Virus record (IMG/VR): IMGVR_UViG_3300031673_008942
Span: 32,001-96,000 of that record
Length of the DNA stretch: 64,000 nucleotides
Origin: a virus
Reading direction: 5' to 3' (one strand)
Shown in pieces: positions 29,317 through 38,547 of the stretch. Position 1 is the first letter of the stretch; every line of letters begins with the position of its first letter. The position numbers were made by a program, and so were the translations under genes. The notes beneath the pieces are model-generated. The model made no database searches, was not told where the DNA came from, and saw only the letters and a program-made list of their open reading frames with translations.

Positions 29317-30852
29317 ATGGCAAGTTTTGATGATACTAGGGAATTGGAAAGAACATTTCTTAAGCTTCTTATGAAGACTAAGATGATGGCACGGTTAAAT
29401 ATATTTAAGGTGAGGAGGGAATGGTTCACTGGAAAAGAAAGATTGTTCATATGGGAATGTATTAAGAGCACTTTTGATAATTCTAAGAGTATTCTTACAA
29501 GACGTTTATTTTTATATGAGTTGCAGGGACGCATAGATGATGAAAAGGAGAGGGATTATTATGCTTCGGAATGGGAGATGGTTGAAGATACTGAGGTTTT
29601 TGAGGATGCCGATGGGCTGATTAGTCGGCTTAAAGAGGCTGTTATTGGTCGTAGAATAATGGATGCGGCAGAGGAGATGGCTATGAAGCTTGAGTCTGCT
29701 AATATTCAAGAAGCTTTAGAATCTCTTAAAAGGTCGGCAATCTCTATTAACAATGATGGTGGAGATGACCATGAGATTGTTGAGATTACTGATTACCAAC
29801 ATCGTTTGAAGGTTTTACGGGATAAGCAGGAGCATCCGGAGAAGTATTTAGGGATTAAAACTGGCTTTCCTTCATTTGATAGGTGTACTGGTGGTTTGTT
29901 TAAAGAGGAGCTTTTATTGGTAGCAGGTGTAACAGGCTTGGGGAAGTCTACCTTTGTGAAGCAATTACAATATGGAATTATTACCAACAATATAGATAAG
30001 AATGTTTTACATATTGCGAATGAGGAGAGTCAAGACCAAGTAGAAATGAAGTTTGACTCTCTCCTGACGGAAGTCCCCTATTTGGATTATAAGCTTGCTC
30101 GGACTTCTGAGGATGATATTGAGAAGTGGATTGAGACGATGGAGAAGACTCTTAAAAATCCGGGAGTGGGTCGTATTTTCGTAAAAGAGGTTCCTCAGTT
30201 TACTGACGTCACCCTGGTTGAGCAGGCATATAACGAGCTCAAAGAAAAGGGGATTGATATTCATGTTATCATTATTGACCATTTACCCCATATTAAACCT
30301 ATAGGTCAAGTCTGGGGTGAGAACGATGAAAGGGCAAAAGCGGCGGCAGATTGCAAGCAGTTGGCGAAGAATTGTAAATGTTCTGTGGTCATCCCTACCC
30401 AAGCTGCCACAGAAGTAGAGGAAAAACAATCAAAGGGGAAGAGGGCGGGAAGATTAGATGTGTATGGTTCAAAGGGGCAGATACATGTGGCAAATTCTTT
30501 CTTGATGATTACAAAGAGAGGGACTTTTGAAGAGGTTGGTAAACCAGATTATTTATGGGATGTTCATTGGCTTTGCGATATGAAGAAGAATAGAGATGGC
30601 CCTGGGTTCTACTTTGAAGCTCGGCATTATGTTGAGATTGGAAAGGTTGAAGAGATATTAGGTGATAATGCTTTTGATAATTGGGATGATGAGCCAGAAC
30701 CCTCTCCTTCTCCAGAACCCGAAATTTATAATGAAGATGATGGGGAAGCTGAGGATGTTTCTGATAGTGGGGTAAAAATTGATGAGAATGTTCCAGAAAA
30801 ATCCGAGAAAAAAAGTAGTTTTTTGGATAGATTGCCCAAGATTGGCGTATAA
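29317..30852 (+). CDS. dnaB: Replicative DnaB-family helicase
   Basis: GIKTGF, Walker A GVTGLGKST, IANEE, Walker B IIIDHL, PTQ, KNRDG. Confidence 0.88.
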   Translation: MASFDDTRELERTFLKLLMKTKMMARLNIFKVRREWFTGKERLFIWECIKSTFDNSKSILTRRLFLYELQGRIDDEKERDYYASEWEMVEDTEVFEDADGLISRLKEAVIGRRIMDAAEEMAMKLESANIQEALESLKRSAISINNDGGDDHEIVEITDYQHRLKVLRDKQEHPEKYLGIKTGFPSFDRCTGGLFKEELLLVAGVTGLGKSTFVKQLQYGIITNNIDKNVLHIANEESQDQVEMKFDSLLTEVPYLDYKLARTSEDDIEKWIETMEKTLKNPGVGRIFVKEVPQFTDVTLVEQAYNELKEKGIDIHVIIIDHLPHIKPIGQVWGENDERAKAAADCKQLAKNCKCSVVIPTQAATEVEEKQSKGKRAGRLDVYGSKGQIHVANSFLMITKRGTFEEVGKPDYLWDVHWLCDMKKNRDGPGFYFEARHYVEIGKVEEILGDNAFDNWDDEPEPSPSPEPEIYNEDDGEAEDVSDSGVKIDENVPEKSEKKSSFLDRLPKIGV

Positions 30853-30892
30853 TAAAATGATAGTTTAAATGATAAAAATAGGATGATTGAAG

Positions 30893-31840
30893 ATGTCAGA
30901 ACATGTATTGATAACACACCAAAATATTGGTGACTCTTTTAGTGGGGTTTATTATATTGAGCAATTACACATCAGAGAAACTACTGGTGGAAAAGATTTT
31001 ACCGAGCTCATATTGAGAGATAAGAGTGGTTCCCGAAGTGTTAAGTACTGGGGCGTTGTGGGTGGATTGGCCAAGGGTGACTGGGGATTTGTAAGTGCCA
31101 GAGTAGAAGAATATATGGGTGGCCCAAGTATTATTGCTAAGAATTTGGAGAAGGAAGATGCTCCTTCGGATTTGTCAGCGTATGTCCCTGTGTCAGAAGA
31201 CCATGATAAGAATCTTGAAAAGTTTTCTAAGCTAATTGAGGAACTTCGTAAATTGTGTTCGGAGGTTGGTGATAATACGCCACTTATAATTGTGGAGTCT
31301 ATATTTACTGATAAGTTCAGGGCTCAGTTTTGTGATGCCCCTGGCGGTTATGGGTTCTATGGTTGCAAGGGAGGAGCCTTGGCTCGGACGGTTCGAGTTG
31401 GCATGAGTGTGAGATTTTTAAGTGGAAATTATAAGTTGTCTCCTTTGGATAAGGCTATCGCTGTAGCCTCTGCTCTGCTTTATTCTATTGGAGCAGCAGA
31501 GGTTTTCCATATGAAAGATTGTATGCCTGATGAAAAGACTTATGGTGCTCTTTTAGGGGTAGAGGGATATACTAACTCCCGTCTATTATCCGTCTTTAGA
31601 AAATTGGTAAAAGGAGGCGAGGCAGATAAAGACAGTGGCATGCGTGTTTTACATGCTGTTGCATCGGCTCGTGAGACTGCGGTTAAGGCAATGACTAAAG
31701 AAGGAATTATCTTGTCAATGGCAAATCGCATGGATGAAGAGGTTTCAAATGCCTTGAATTTTATTGATGATGATATTAACGAGGAAGAGGACTTTACCGC
31801 TTTCGACCCAAAGAGTAAGCGTCGATACCTCAAGGTATGA
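30893..31840 (+). CDS. YhaM/Cbf1-like OB-fold + HD-domain protein with degenerate metal-binding residues
   Basis: LRDKSG...KYW OB fold; APGG..FY...GGALART and ALLYSIG where YhaM has PAA..HH...GGLLxHT and LLHDIGK. Confidence 0.7.
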   Translation: MSEHVLITHQNIGDSFSGVYYIEQLHIRETTGGKDFTELILRDKSGSRSVKYWGVVGGLAKGDWGFVSARVEEYMGGPSIIAKNLEKEDAPSDLSAYVPVSEDHDKNLEKFSKLIEELRKLCSEVGDNTPLIIVESIFTDKFRAQFCDAPGGYGFYGCKGGALARTVRVGMSVRFLSGNYKLSPLDKAIAVASALLYSIGAAEVFHMKDCMPDEKTYGALLGVEGYTNSRLLSVFRKLVKGGEADKDSGMRVLHAVASARETAVKAMTKEGIILSMANRMDEEVSNALNFIDDDINEEEDFTAFDPKSKRRYLKV

Positions 31841-32943
31841 GTCTTAGCGAACAAGAAATTGCTCGTTACAAAGACATAGAGTGGTTGATGCCTCATGTGG
31901 ACGTGGAGGATGTTCTAGACCGCTTGGGTGTTGAGCATGGACATGAGCGAAATAGCGAAATAATGGCCTTTTGCCCTGACCATGAACATCATACAGGAAA
32001 TTCTCCAAGTCATCCTAAATGGGGTTTAAATACTGATACGGGAAAGACCTATTGCTTTACTGAAGACCGAGGTAGTAATTTGGTTTTCACGATTTGTAGA
32101 GTATTGGATTGTGGGGCTGATGCTGCGGTAAGTTTTATGACTGGTAGCGATGTGACGAATCTAAGGGCTTCTGGTTTGAAGGGTAGAATATCCAAGCTTA
32201 GGCGTAAAGATGTAAAAAAGAGAAATGCTGAAGAGCCAGGCGAGGTATGGGGGTTGGATAAGATTCAAAAGGATTTGAACAATCGTCCAGTTTCAGACCA
32301 TTTATATGATTTTTTCATGCAACCTCCAGGGAAGCCTCCAAGCAATATTGTACAGAATACCGTGGATAGGTTTGGGGTTTTTGAGAGGAGGTGGGGATAT
32401 TATACTAATCGAGCTATCATTCCTTTTTATATGCATGGAAAAATTATCGGTTTTTGTGCTATTGATATGCTTGGGGAGAGGGAGTGGGTGCAGATGCATC
32501 CATTGAAGGACTCATCAGATTATAGGAAGGTATTGTATCCGCAAAATTTCAAATCAAACGAGTGTCTGTTTAATTATGATAATTGTGAAAAAGGGTCGAA
32601 GATTATATTGACTGAGGGGGCACGAGAGGTGATGAAGTTGAGCCAGGAGGGCTTCCCTAATAGCTTGGCAGTGTTGGGTTCTGGTCTGGGAAGCAGTGAC
32701 CCATTGGAGGTTGGGGACTCACAGTTGAGACTTCTGGCAAAATTGGACCCAGAGGAAATCATTTTAATGTTTGACGGTGACAAGGCAGGATATAAAGCTA
32801 CTGAAAAACTGGAGAAAAATCTATCGAGATTGTTTCCAGTTCGTCCGTGTAAATTGTTAAACGATACAGACCCGAAGATGCTTTGTCGTGATGAAATAAA
32901 AAAGATAATAAAAAGTTTTAAATTATCTTGTAATGATTTTTGA
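31837..32943 (+). CDS. dnaG: DNA primase (DnaG-type, Zn finger + TOPRIM)
   Basis: CPDH...YCF zinc-binding region, RAIIPF, LFNYD, TEG, FDGDKAG. Confidence 0.88.
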   Translation: MSLSEQEIARYKDIEWLMPHVDVEDVLDRLGVEHGHERNSEIMAFCPDHEHHTGNSPSHPKWGLNTDTGKTYCFTEDRGSNLVFTICRVLDCGADAAVSFMTGSDVTNLRASGLKGRISKLRRKDVKKRNAEEPGEVWGLDKIQKDLNNRPVSDHLYDFFMQPPGKPPSNIVQNTVDRFGVFERRWGYYTNRAIIPFYMHGKIIGFCAIDMLGEREWVQMHPLKDSSDYRKVLYPQNFKSNECLFNYDNCEKGSKIILTEGAREVMKLSQEGFPNSLAVLGSGLGSSDPLEVGDSQLRLLAKLDPEEIILMFDGDKAGYKATEKLEKNLSRLFPVRPCKLLNDTDPKMLCRDEIKKIIKSFKLSCNDF

Positions 32944-33004
32944 ACATGTAATATTGAATGATTATGCTTCCGGTGATGGTGTTACCTAAAGTATTTTGAG
33001 GCGT

Positions 33005-33022
33005 GCCCGTTTTGGGCTTTTT
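33005..33022 (+). terminator. Possible short intrinsic terminator
   Basis: GCCC-GTTTT-GGGC followed by TTTTT in the intergenic gap. Confidence 0.4.
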
Positions 33023-33096
33023 GTGGCAATTCCGTATAGGAATTATTTATTAAAACTTGCCGATTTTCGGCTGTAGGCAGAGGAAGGAGAGGTGTA

Positions 33097-33918
33097 ATGG
33101 CTTCAGTTCTATTGGATGCGTATTGTGTCCAAAATACCCGTGTTATAAAGCGTTTTCCAGTGGTTGATGCTTTAAGTTTCATTCGATTAAAAAGTTATTT
33201 TACGAGTGAGTCCCCCGTCAAACGAGTTGCAGTATCTTCTGTAGAAGAAGTTCCAGATATCCTGCATAGATTCCCCATAACCCAAGAGCTTGCGGCTGAT
33301 ATTATCGCTAATGGTTTACCGTGTGGTATGGAGTCATCGAGCTATCCCAAGGAAGAATATATTATGGATGGCTTGTATCATAGTATATCAGCAATGGTAT
33401 ACAAATTATGTAGAAAATATACGGCGACTTGTACAACTGACCTTGATGATTTGGCTCATGAGTGTTTGCATCGCATTTTTGCAAAGATTGGTCAGTTTAA
33501 TAAAGATAAGGGGAAATTCACCACTTGGAGTTATCGGGTCTGCTTAAGTGTTTTGGCTCGTCGTTATCATAATGATAAGAAACGAAGTGACCGTTTTATT
33601 TCTGATGGGGAGGATGAGGAAAAGAATGAAAGGATGAGGAGTGGTATTGTCAGAGAGAAGGGAGTATCAGTTCTTAATGGTGAGATGAGGGAAGTTGTAC
33701 GTAAGCTTTTGCGTGAATACCCTGAGAAGGCTGAGTTCGTTGAGGAATTATTTGGAAATATCAATAGTAATGACCATTTATTTCCTGTTTCGGTGTGCAT
33801 TAGTGATTCTGCACGGAAGCTAGGTATAGAATATGTGGAAGCCTATACGTTTTTTAAGCGTGTCGTTCGTCCAATTTTTAAAGAATATTTTGAATACAGA
33901 GAGGTAACAAATGTCTGA
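33097..33918 (+). CDS. Sigma-70 region-2-containing transcription factor (phage sigma-like)
   Basis: DDLAHECLHRIFAKIGQFNKDKGKFTTWSYRVC matches sigma region 2; C-terminal HTH-like ISDSARKLGI. Confidence 0.7.
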   Translation: MASVLLDAYCVQNTRVIKRFPVVDALSFIRLKSYFTSESPVKRVAVSSVEEVPDILHRFPITQELAADIIANGLPCGMESSSYPKEEYIMDGLYHSISAMVYKLCRKYTATCTTDLDDLAHECLHRIFAKIGQFNKDKGKFTTWSYRVCLSVLARRYHNDKKRSDRFISDGEDEEKNERMRSGIVREKGVSVLNGEMREVVRKLLREYPEKAEFVEELFGNINSNDHLFPVSVCISDSARKLGIEYVEAYTFFKRVVRPIFKEYFEYREVTNV

Positions 33919-34342
33919 TATGAAGATGCATAGCCCAACCCAGGCTATAAAAATGGGTAGTTGTTTTGGTCACTACGATGAAAATGATAAAATTTGTGGT
34001 AAGTGTGTGGTAAACGGGGTGAGTTTCCCTTCTCCATATTCATGTAATGTTGCTACTGCGAAGAGGCAAAAGGCAGAAAGTGCGGGTGTTGAAGACCTTG
34101 AGGACATTGATGCATGGGATTATTTGATGAAGTCCCTTCAGGGTAGGTTGGATTTATCAATTACTAAAAATGATAAAGCTATCAGTTATGATTTTGCAGC
34201 TGATGATGGAACTCACAAAATTCGTGTTATTTCCATGATAGGTTCTGAAAGGGTAATGATAATGGCATCTGGCTTCAAGGAGAAGTATGAGAAGTTAGAG
34301 TCATTGGAATTTGTGGAGAATATTTTAAAGAAATTGCTATGA
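33911..34342 (+). CDS. Hypothetical protein with N-terminal Cys4 motif
   Basis: GAGGT RBS; CFGHYDENDKICGKC-x11-C. Confidence 0.65.
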   Translation: MSDMKMHSPTQAIKMGSCFGHYDENDKICGKCVVNGVSFPSPYSCNVATAKRQKAESAGVEDLEDIDAWDYLMKSLQGRLDLSITKNDKAISYDFAADDGTHKIRVISMIGSERVMIMASGFKEKYEKLESLEFVENILKKLL

Positions 34343-35253
34343 GGACTGTTAATTATCCTTATTTCCAACCTTCATTTGCAAACTTTAATAAAGCCCAGAT
34401 AGCCGTTGTTCCTTATTTTGATGAGGATGTTAATTTGGTTGTGTCTTTTCCCACTGCGGTGGGCAAGACTGTTATCGCAGAATGTTGTTTTGGATACCAT
34501 TTATCTACAGAGAAGGATAGTCGAGTAGTATATGTCTCTCCTCTTCGAAGGCTTACTTCTGAAAAATATGAGAATTGGAGTTCTGAGTCACAGTTTTGTG
34601 ATTATGGAGTAATGCAGAGTACTGGAGAAGACCCTGCTCCCATGAAAGACTTTGAAAATTCCAGAATATCTTTACTTACGAGTGAGTCTTTTGATTCAAA
34701 AACCAGAGTAAAAACATATCGTGAATGGTTAAAGGGTGTTGCATGTGTGGTTATTGATGAGGCTCATTTGATAGGACATGAGAAGAGGGGAGGTGCTGTT
34801 GAGAATGCTTTAATGCGTTTTACTTCCATAAATACTACTGCACGATTAATTTTATTATCAGCTACTATGAGTAACTCAATGGAGATTGCTAAATGGATAA
34901 AATCTCTTAATGGCAAAGAAACAAAGCATATTAAGAGTGACTGGCGACCGGTGAAGATAAACCGGGAGTTTTATGAAATACCGGATGGTAACGAGTCAAA
35001 GATAAGAGCCGTTGTCGCTCATCTTAAAAAGAGCAATTTTACAGGAAAGACGATTGTTTTTGTTCATTCTAAGGCAGTTGGAAAAGAGATTGTGAATAGG
35101 TTAAGTAAAGAAAGAATAAAATCGGCTTTTCATAATTCTGGTTTAAATAAGAGAAAGCGAGCCGAAATTGAAAAAGAATTTGATGATGCGTATTCAGAAT
35201 TGAATGTACTGGTTAGTACGAGCACTCTTGGAGCAGGAGTTAATATAGGATGA
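34339..35253 (+). CDS. Ski2/Hel308-like SF2 helicase, N-terminal part (motifs Q to V)
   Basis: FNKAQ, PTAVGKT, SPLRRL, DEAH, LSAT, WRPV, FVHSK, FHNSGL, STSTLGAGVN then stop. Confidence 0.88.
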   Translation: MRTVNYPYFQPSFANFNKAQIAVVPYFDEDVNLVVSFPTAVGKTVIAECCFGYHLSTEKDSRVVYVSPLRRLTSEKYENWSSESQFCDYGVMQSTGEDPAPMKDFENSRISLLTSESFDSKTRVKTYREWLKGVACVVIDEAHLIGHEKRGGAVENALMRFTSINTTARLILLSATMSNSMEIAKWIKSLNGKETKHIKSDWRPVKINREFYEIPDGNESKIRAVVAHLKKSNFTGKTIVFVHSKAVGKEIVNRLSKERIKSAFHNSGLNKRKRAEIEKEFDDAYSELNVLVSTSTLGAGVNIG

Positions 35254-35828
35254 ATGATTTAGACATATTAAAAAAAGAATGTTTGGGTTGTACTAAATGT
35301 GCAATTGGGGGTGTTCATTTGGATAATGGTCTTTCTAATGTTTTTTCCAATATGAATATTGATGCTGATATTATGGTAGTGGGTCAGAATCCAGGTTCTG
35401 ATGAGGTTAAAGGTGCTGAACCTTTTATTGGTGATAGTGGTAAGTTTTTTGATAAAGTAATGTTGGAAGTTTGTGGCCTTTCAAGAGATGATTTTTATAT
35501 TTCTAATGTAGTAAGATGCTACACTCCTGGAAATAGGAAGCCTTATCAAAATGAGATAGATTCCTGTAGGGATTTCCTTGATAAAGAGATTGAATTAGTT
35601 AAGCCCAAGTTCATTATAGGTCTTGGAAGTTTTGCTTTTAAGCAATTAACTGGAATGAGCGGTATTATGAAGCATCATGGAGAATTGGTATTCTCTATTC
35701 GATACAAAGTTAATGTTATTCCCTTGTTACATCCAAGTCCTTTGAATATTCAAAAGGGTGACTGTTTAGGAATGTTCTATGATGATTTAGAGAAGGTCAA
35801 ATCATATTTGGAGAGTCTAGATGGCTGA
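35250..35828 (+). CDS. udg: Uracil-DNA glycosylase family 4 (Fe-S type)
   Basis: CTKC, VGQNPG, PFIG, NVVRC..PGNRKP...C, LLHPS. Confidence 0.9.
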   Translation: MNDLDILKKECLGCTKCAIGGVHLDNGLSNVFSNMNIDADIMVVGQNPGSDEVKGAEPFIGDSGKFFDKVMLEVCGLSRDDFYISNVVRCYTPGNRKPYQNEIDSCRDFLDKEIELVKPKFIIGLGSFAFKQLTGMSGIMKHHGELVFSIRYKVNVIPLLHPSPLNIQKGDCLGMFYDDLEKVKSYLESLDG

Positions 35829-36897
35829 CCGAGTTATTATTACTGGTTCTCGGAGGGGAAACGAGGAGGTAACATTGATAGAGCTTGGACAGATGATAGG
35901 TCGAGCAGGTAGGGACCAATTTGGTGGTGATGCATATGTAGATATTTTCCTTGAAAGGTGTGATTTCCAAAGAGTTGTTTCTCAGATAGATGATAAAAAT
36001 AGCTTTCTGGTAAATTCTTCTCTGACTGATGAATCTTTGCTGTTTCATATTTTACCGGATATTAATTCTGGAAAAGTGAGGGATGTAAAAACTGCTAAGG
36101 AATGGTTTAAAAGAAGTTTTTTCTATTACCAGAAGGGTGAAAGGTTGGATATTGAAGATTCCTTGGATGCTTTGGAGAAGATGGGAGCAATATATTTAGA
36201 GAATGGATATCTTACAGCTACCGAGGTGGGAAATTTGTCGGCTCAGTATTACTACCATCCTGATGATATTATAAGTTGGAAGAATAATTTTACGGAATTG
36301 TTTGAGAGTTCCTTAGAGGATAATGACTTAGCCATTTCTTGGGCATTGGGAAATGTTTTATTCAGCTCTACTTATGGTAATTATGGTCAGGACTCGGATG
36401 TGGTAGAGGACTGTAAGGGAAGGATGCCGCCTGGCTTGTATATGCATTCAGGATGTGCTTCTACCATTACTTGTTGGTGGGGGGCTTTGGGTGGTGCTTC
36501 GATGGGGAAGATGCGGTCTTCTATGTTGGCATTGAGGGAGGATTATGGCCGATTGGGGAAAGTGCTTAGGGCATTAAATAAGAAGGTTGGGAAATGGGGT
36601 ATGGAAGACTTTTTTGATGACTTAGATTATAGGATTCGTCGCTCTATTCCTATAAGTTTGTTCCAGTTATGTAAAGATATTGGTCTCAGTAAGGGGAGGG
36701 CATCTTTTTTATATAATAGAGGCATCCGCTCAGTAGAGGATTTGGTATATAATATGGATGGATTAGAAGGCGAAATTGATGATGAATTTTATGAAAAATT
36801 GAAGAGAGCCAGTGAATTATCAGGAAAGGTTGATAAAGGATTGCGTGAGAGCGATGCGGGATGGAAGAGTCTCGGACTTGCACGTAACAAGGATTAG
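35821..36897 (+). CDS. Ski2/Hel308-like helicase, C-terminal part (motif VI, winged helix, ratchet, HhH)
   Basis: ADRVII...QMIGRAGR.QF, SSL, WF..SFFY, T.VG..SA.YY, GLSKGRA..LY..GIRS. Confidence 0.85.
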   Translation: MADRVIITGSRRGNEEVTLIELGQMIGRAGRDQFGGDAYVDIFLERCDFQRVVSQIDDKNSFLVNSSLTDESLLFHILPDINSGKVRDVKTAKEWFKRSFFYYQKGERLDIEDSLDALEKMGAIYLENGYLTATEVGNLSAQYYYHPDDIISWKNNFTELFESSLEDNDLAISWALGNVLFSSTYGNYGQDSDVVEDCKGRMPPGLYMHSGCASTITCWWGALGGASMGKMRSSMLALREDYGRLGKVLRALNKKVGKWGMEDFFDDLDYRIRRSIPISLFQLCKDIGLSKGRASFLYNRGIRSVEDLVYNMDGLEGEIDDEFYEKLKRASELSGKVDKGLRESDAGWKSLGLARNKD

Positions 36898-37261
36898 CAA
36901 ATGCGATAAGCCAATGAATGTTGAGTCGGTTGTTCCATTCTTGCAGGATGGAGACCCATATATTCGCCTTTGTGCTGCGAGAGTGGTGGCGGCTAAGGGA
37001 GATATGGAAGGCCTGATGAATATGGCAATGATTGAGGAGAATCGAAATACTTTATTAGAGGTGCTGAAGCTAATAACTAATAGTGATGATGCTGTGACTC
37101 ATTTGGTTAAGTTTTTGAAGTCTGAAGATACTCACTTACGTGAGGGGGCGATATCTATGTACCGTCGAATCGGAAGAGAAGACATGTTATTGGCTTTGGT
37201 CTTTAGCCATGATGAAGAATTAGCGAATAGGATAAAGAGTTATATTAATGAACGAGATTGA
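36812..37261 (+). CDS. HEAT-repeat protein
   Basis: VVPFLQDGDPYIRLCAARVV and LVKFLKSEDTHLREGAI. Confidence 0.7.
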   Translation: MNYQERLIKDCVRAMRDGRVSDLHVTRISKCDKPMNVESVVPFLQDGDPYIRLCAARVVAAKGDMEGLMNMAMIEENRNTLLEVLKLITNSDDAVTHLVKFLKSEDTHLREGAISMYRRIGREDMLLALVFSHDEELANRIKSYINERD

Positions 37262-37910
37262 TAAGATAGAAATACCTGAAGATAAGGTGGAGAGATTTTG
37301 GGTTTTGGTGCTTATGTTTGCTCAAGAGATGGGTATTGAAGACCACAAAGATGTTTATCATAATGTTGAGCTTTTGGGAAAGAGTGTGGAAAGACACATT
37401 GTTGAAAGGAATCTTCCTATTTCTCCTCAGAAGAAGGTGAGTCGTTCCAGGGCGACGTTTATTGCTATATTTAAGAAGAGGTATTTACAGCTTACAGATT
37501 GTGAGTATACCCGAATCATAACGGCCGCCGAAGGCAAACTTATAAATCAAATAAATAAAAGCCTCCGAGAGAGAGATTTTGATTGTAATGATTATTTAAG
37601 GTGGCTTTTTGAGGATTTTTTACCCGATAATAAGAGACTGTGTCCTCCATCTATTAAGCAGATATGTGCCAGATTTTATGTTGACAAATTTTTCTTTGAA
37701 TATAAAGACGAAGCGAAAGAGCGGAAGACGACCAAGTTGAAACAATCAGAATCTGAGGATTTGGCTAATAGGTGTAGAGCCTTGGTTCGTGGTCCTGCAC
37801 AGAAGATTAAGGATGAGATTCGTAAGGTAGTCTCTGATTATAAAGATGGAAAAATATTTTTAGAGGATTTGCGTAAAAAAGTTGAAACTTGGGAAGGAGA
37901 ATATAAATGA
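37248..37910 (+). CDS. Hypothetical replication-module protein
   Basis: 220-aa ORF overlapping both neighbours. Confidence 0.65.
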   Translation: MNEIDKIEIPEDKVERFWVLVLMFAQEMGIEDHKDVYHNVELLGKSVERHIVERNLPISPQKKVSRSRATFIAIFKKRYLQLTDCEYTRIITAAEGKLINQINKSLRERDFDCNDYLRWLFEDFLPDNKRLCPPSIKQICARFYVDKFFFEYKDEAKERKTTKLKQSESEDLANRCRALVRGPAQKIKDEIRKVVSDYKDGKIFLEDLRKKVETWEGEYK

Positions 37911-38494
37911 GTGATGTGATAAATAATATTGAAAATTCTTGTGACTCGATGGGCACTATTGATTTGTCAGGTATAAAGCTTGAAAGTGCGGACCCTCGTC
38001 TTCTGGATGTGGGAGAGTTAGATATTGACCGGCATGTTGCCATGCAACCATCCGCAATGGCTTATTATGGTTCTTTGTTAAAAGAGTCTGGTCGAAGTCT
38101 TGGTACTTATAAGAAGGATACGGAAAGGTGGGAAAAGAAACAATTTGCGGTAGCAAAAGCTAATTTGACGGCATCCTCATCTACGAAACCGGTCAAGGAA
38201 GAAGTGGAGGCAAGATTTTATGTTGATAATGAAAAAGAGATTGCCCATAGAGATAAGACTCTGGATGGTCTTCAGAAGCAATATGACCTTCTTTCTGTAT
38301 GGTTTGAAGCATGGAAGCAGAAGGGTTTCAGTATCAAAGAGTATGTTGATATTGGCGAGAATGAGCGATATAGCGTGAATGCTAGTCTTAAGGAAAAAAA
38401 TGTGGGAAATGCGATTACTCCTGAAAAGAAAAAGAAGATACGGGATATAATAGGTAATAAGAAAAAGCGTCCTCATGGTGGGGTCGAGAATTAG
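37907..38494 (+). CDS. UvsY-like recombination mediator
   Basis: Helical protein (QPSAMAYYG...EEVEAR...KQKGF) directly upstream of SSB and RecA. Confidence 0.55.
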   Translation: MSDVINNIENSCDSMGTIDLSGIKLESADPRLLDVGELDIDRHVAMQPSAMAYYGSLLKESGRSLGTYKKDTERWEKKQFAVAKANLTASSSTKPVKEEVEARFYVDNEKEIAHRDKTLDGLQKQYDLLSVWFEAWKQKGFSIKEYVDIGENERYSVNASLKEKNVGNAITPEKKKKIRDIIGNKKKRPHGGVEN

Positions 38495-38547
38495 GCAAAC
38501 AGAACTAGGCGACGAACTAGGCAAAGTAAAGTAGAGAGGTAACAAAC

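Noticed and set aside
35250-35828. Intein or group I intron explaining the helicase split
   Set aside because: The insert is a complete UDG with its own start and stop; no C/S...HN intein termini, no homing endonuclease and no non-coding room for a ribozyme core
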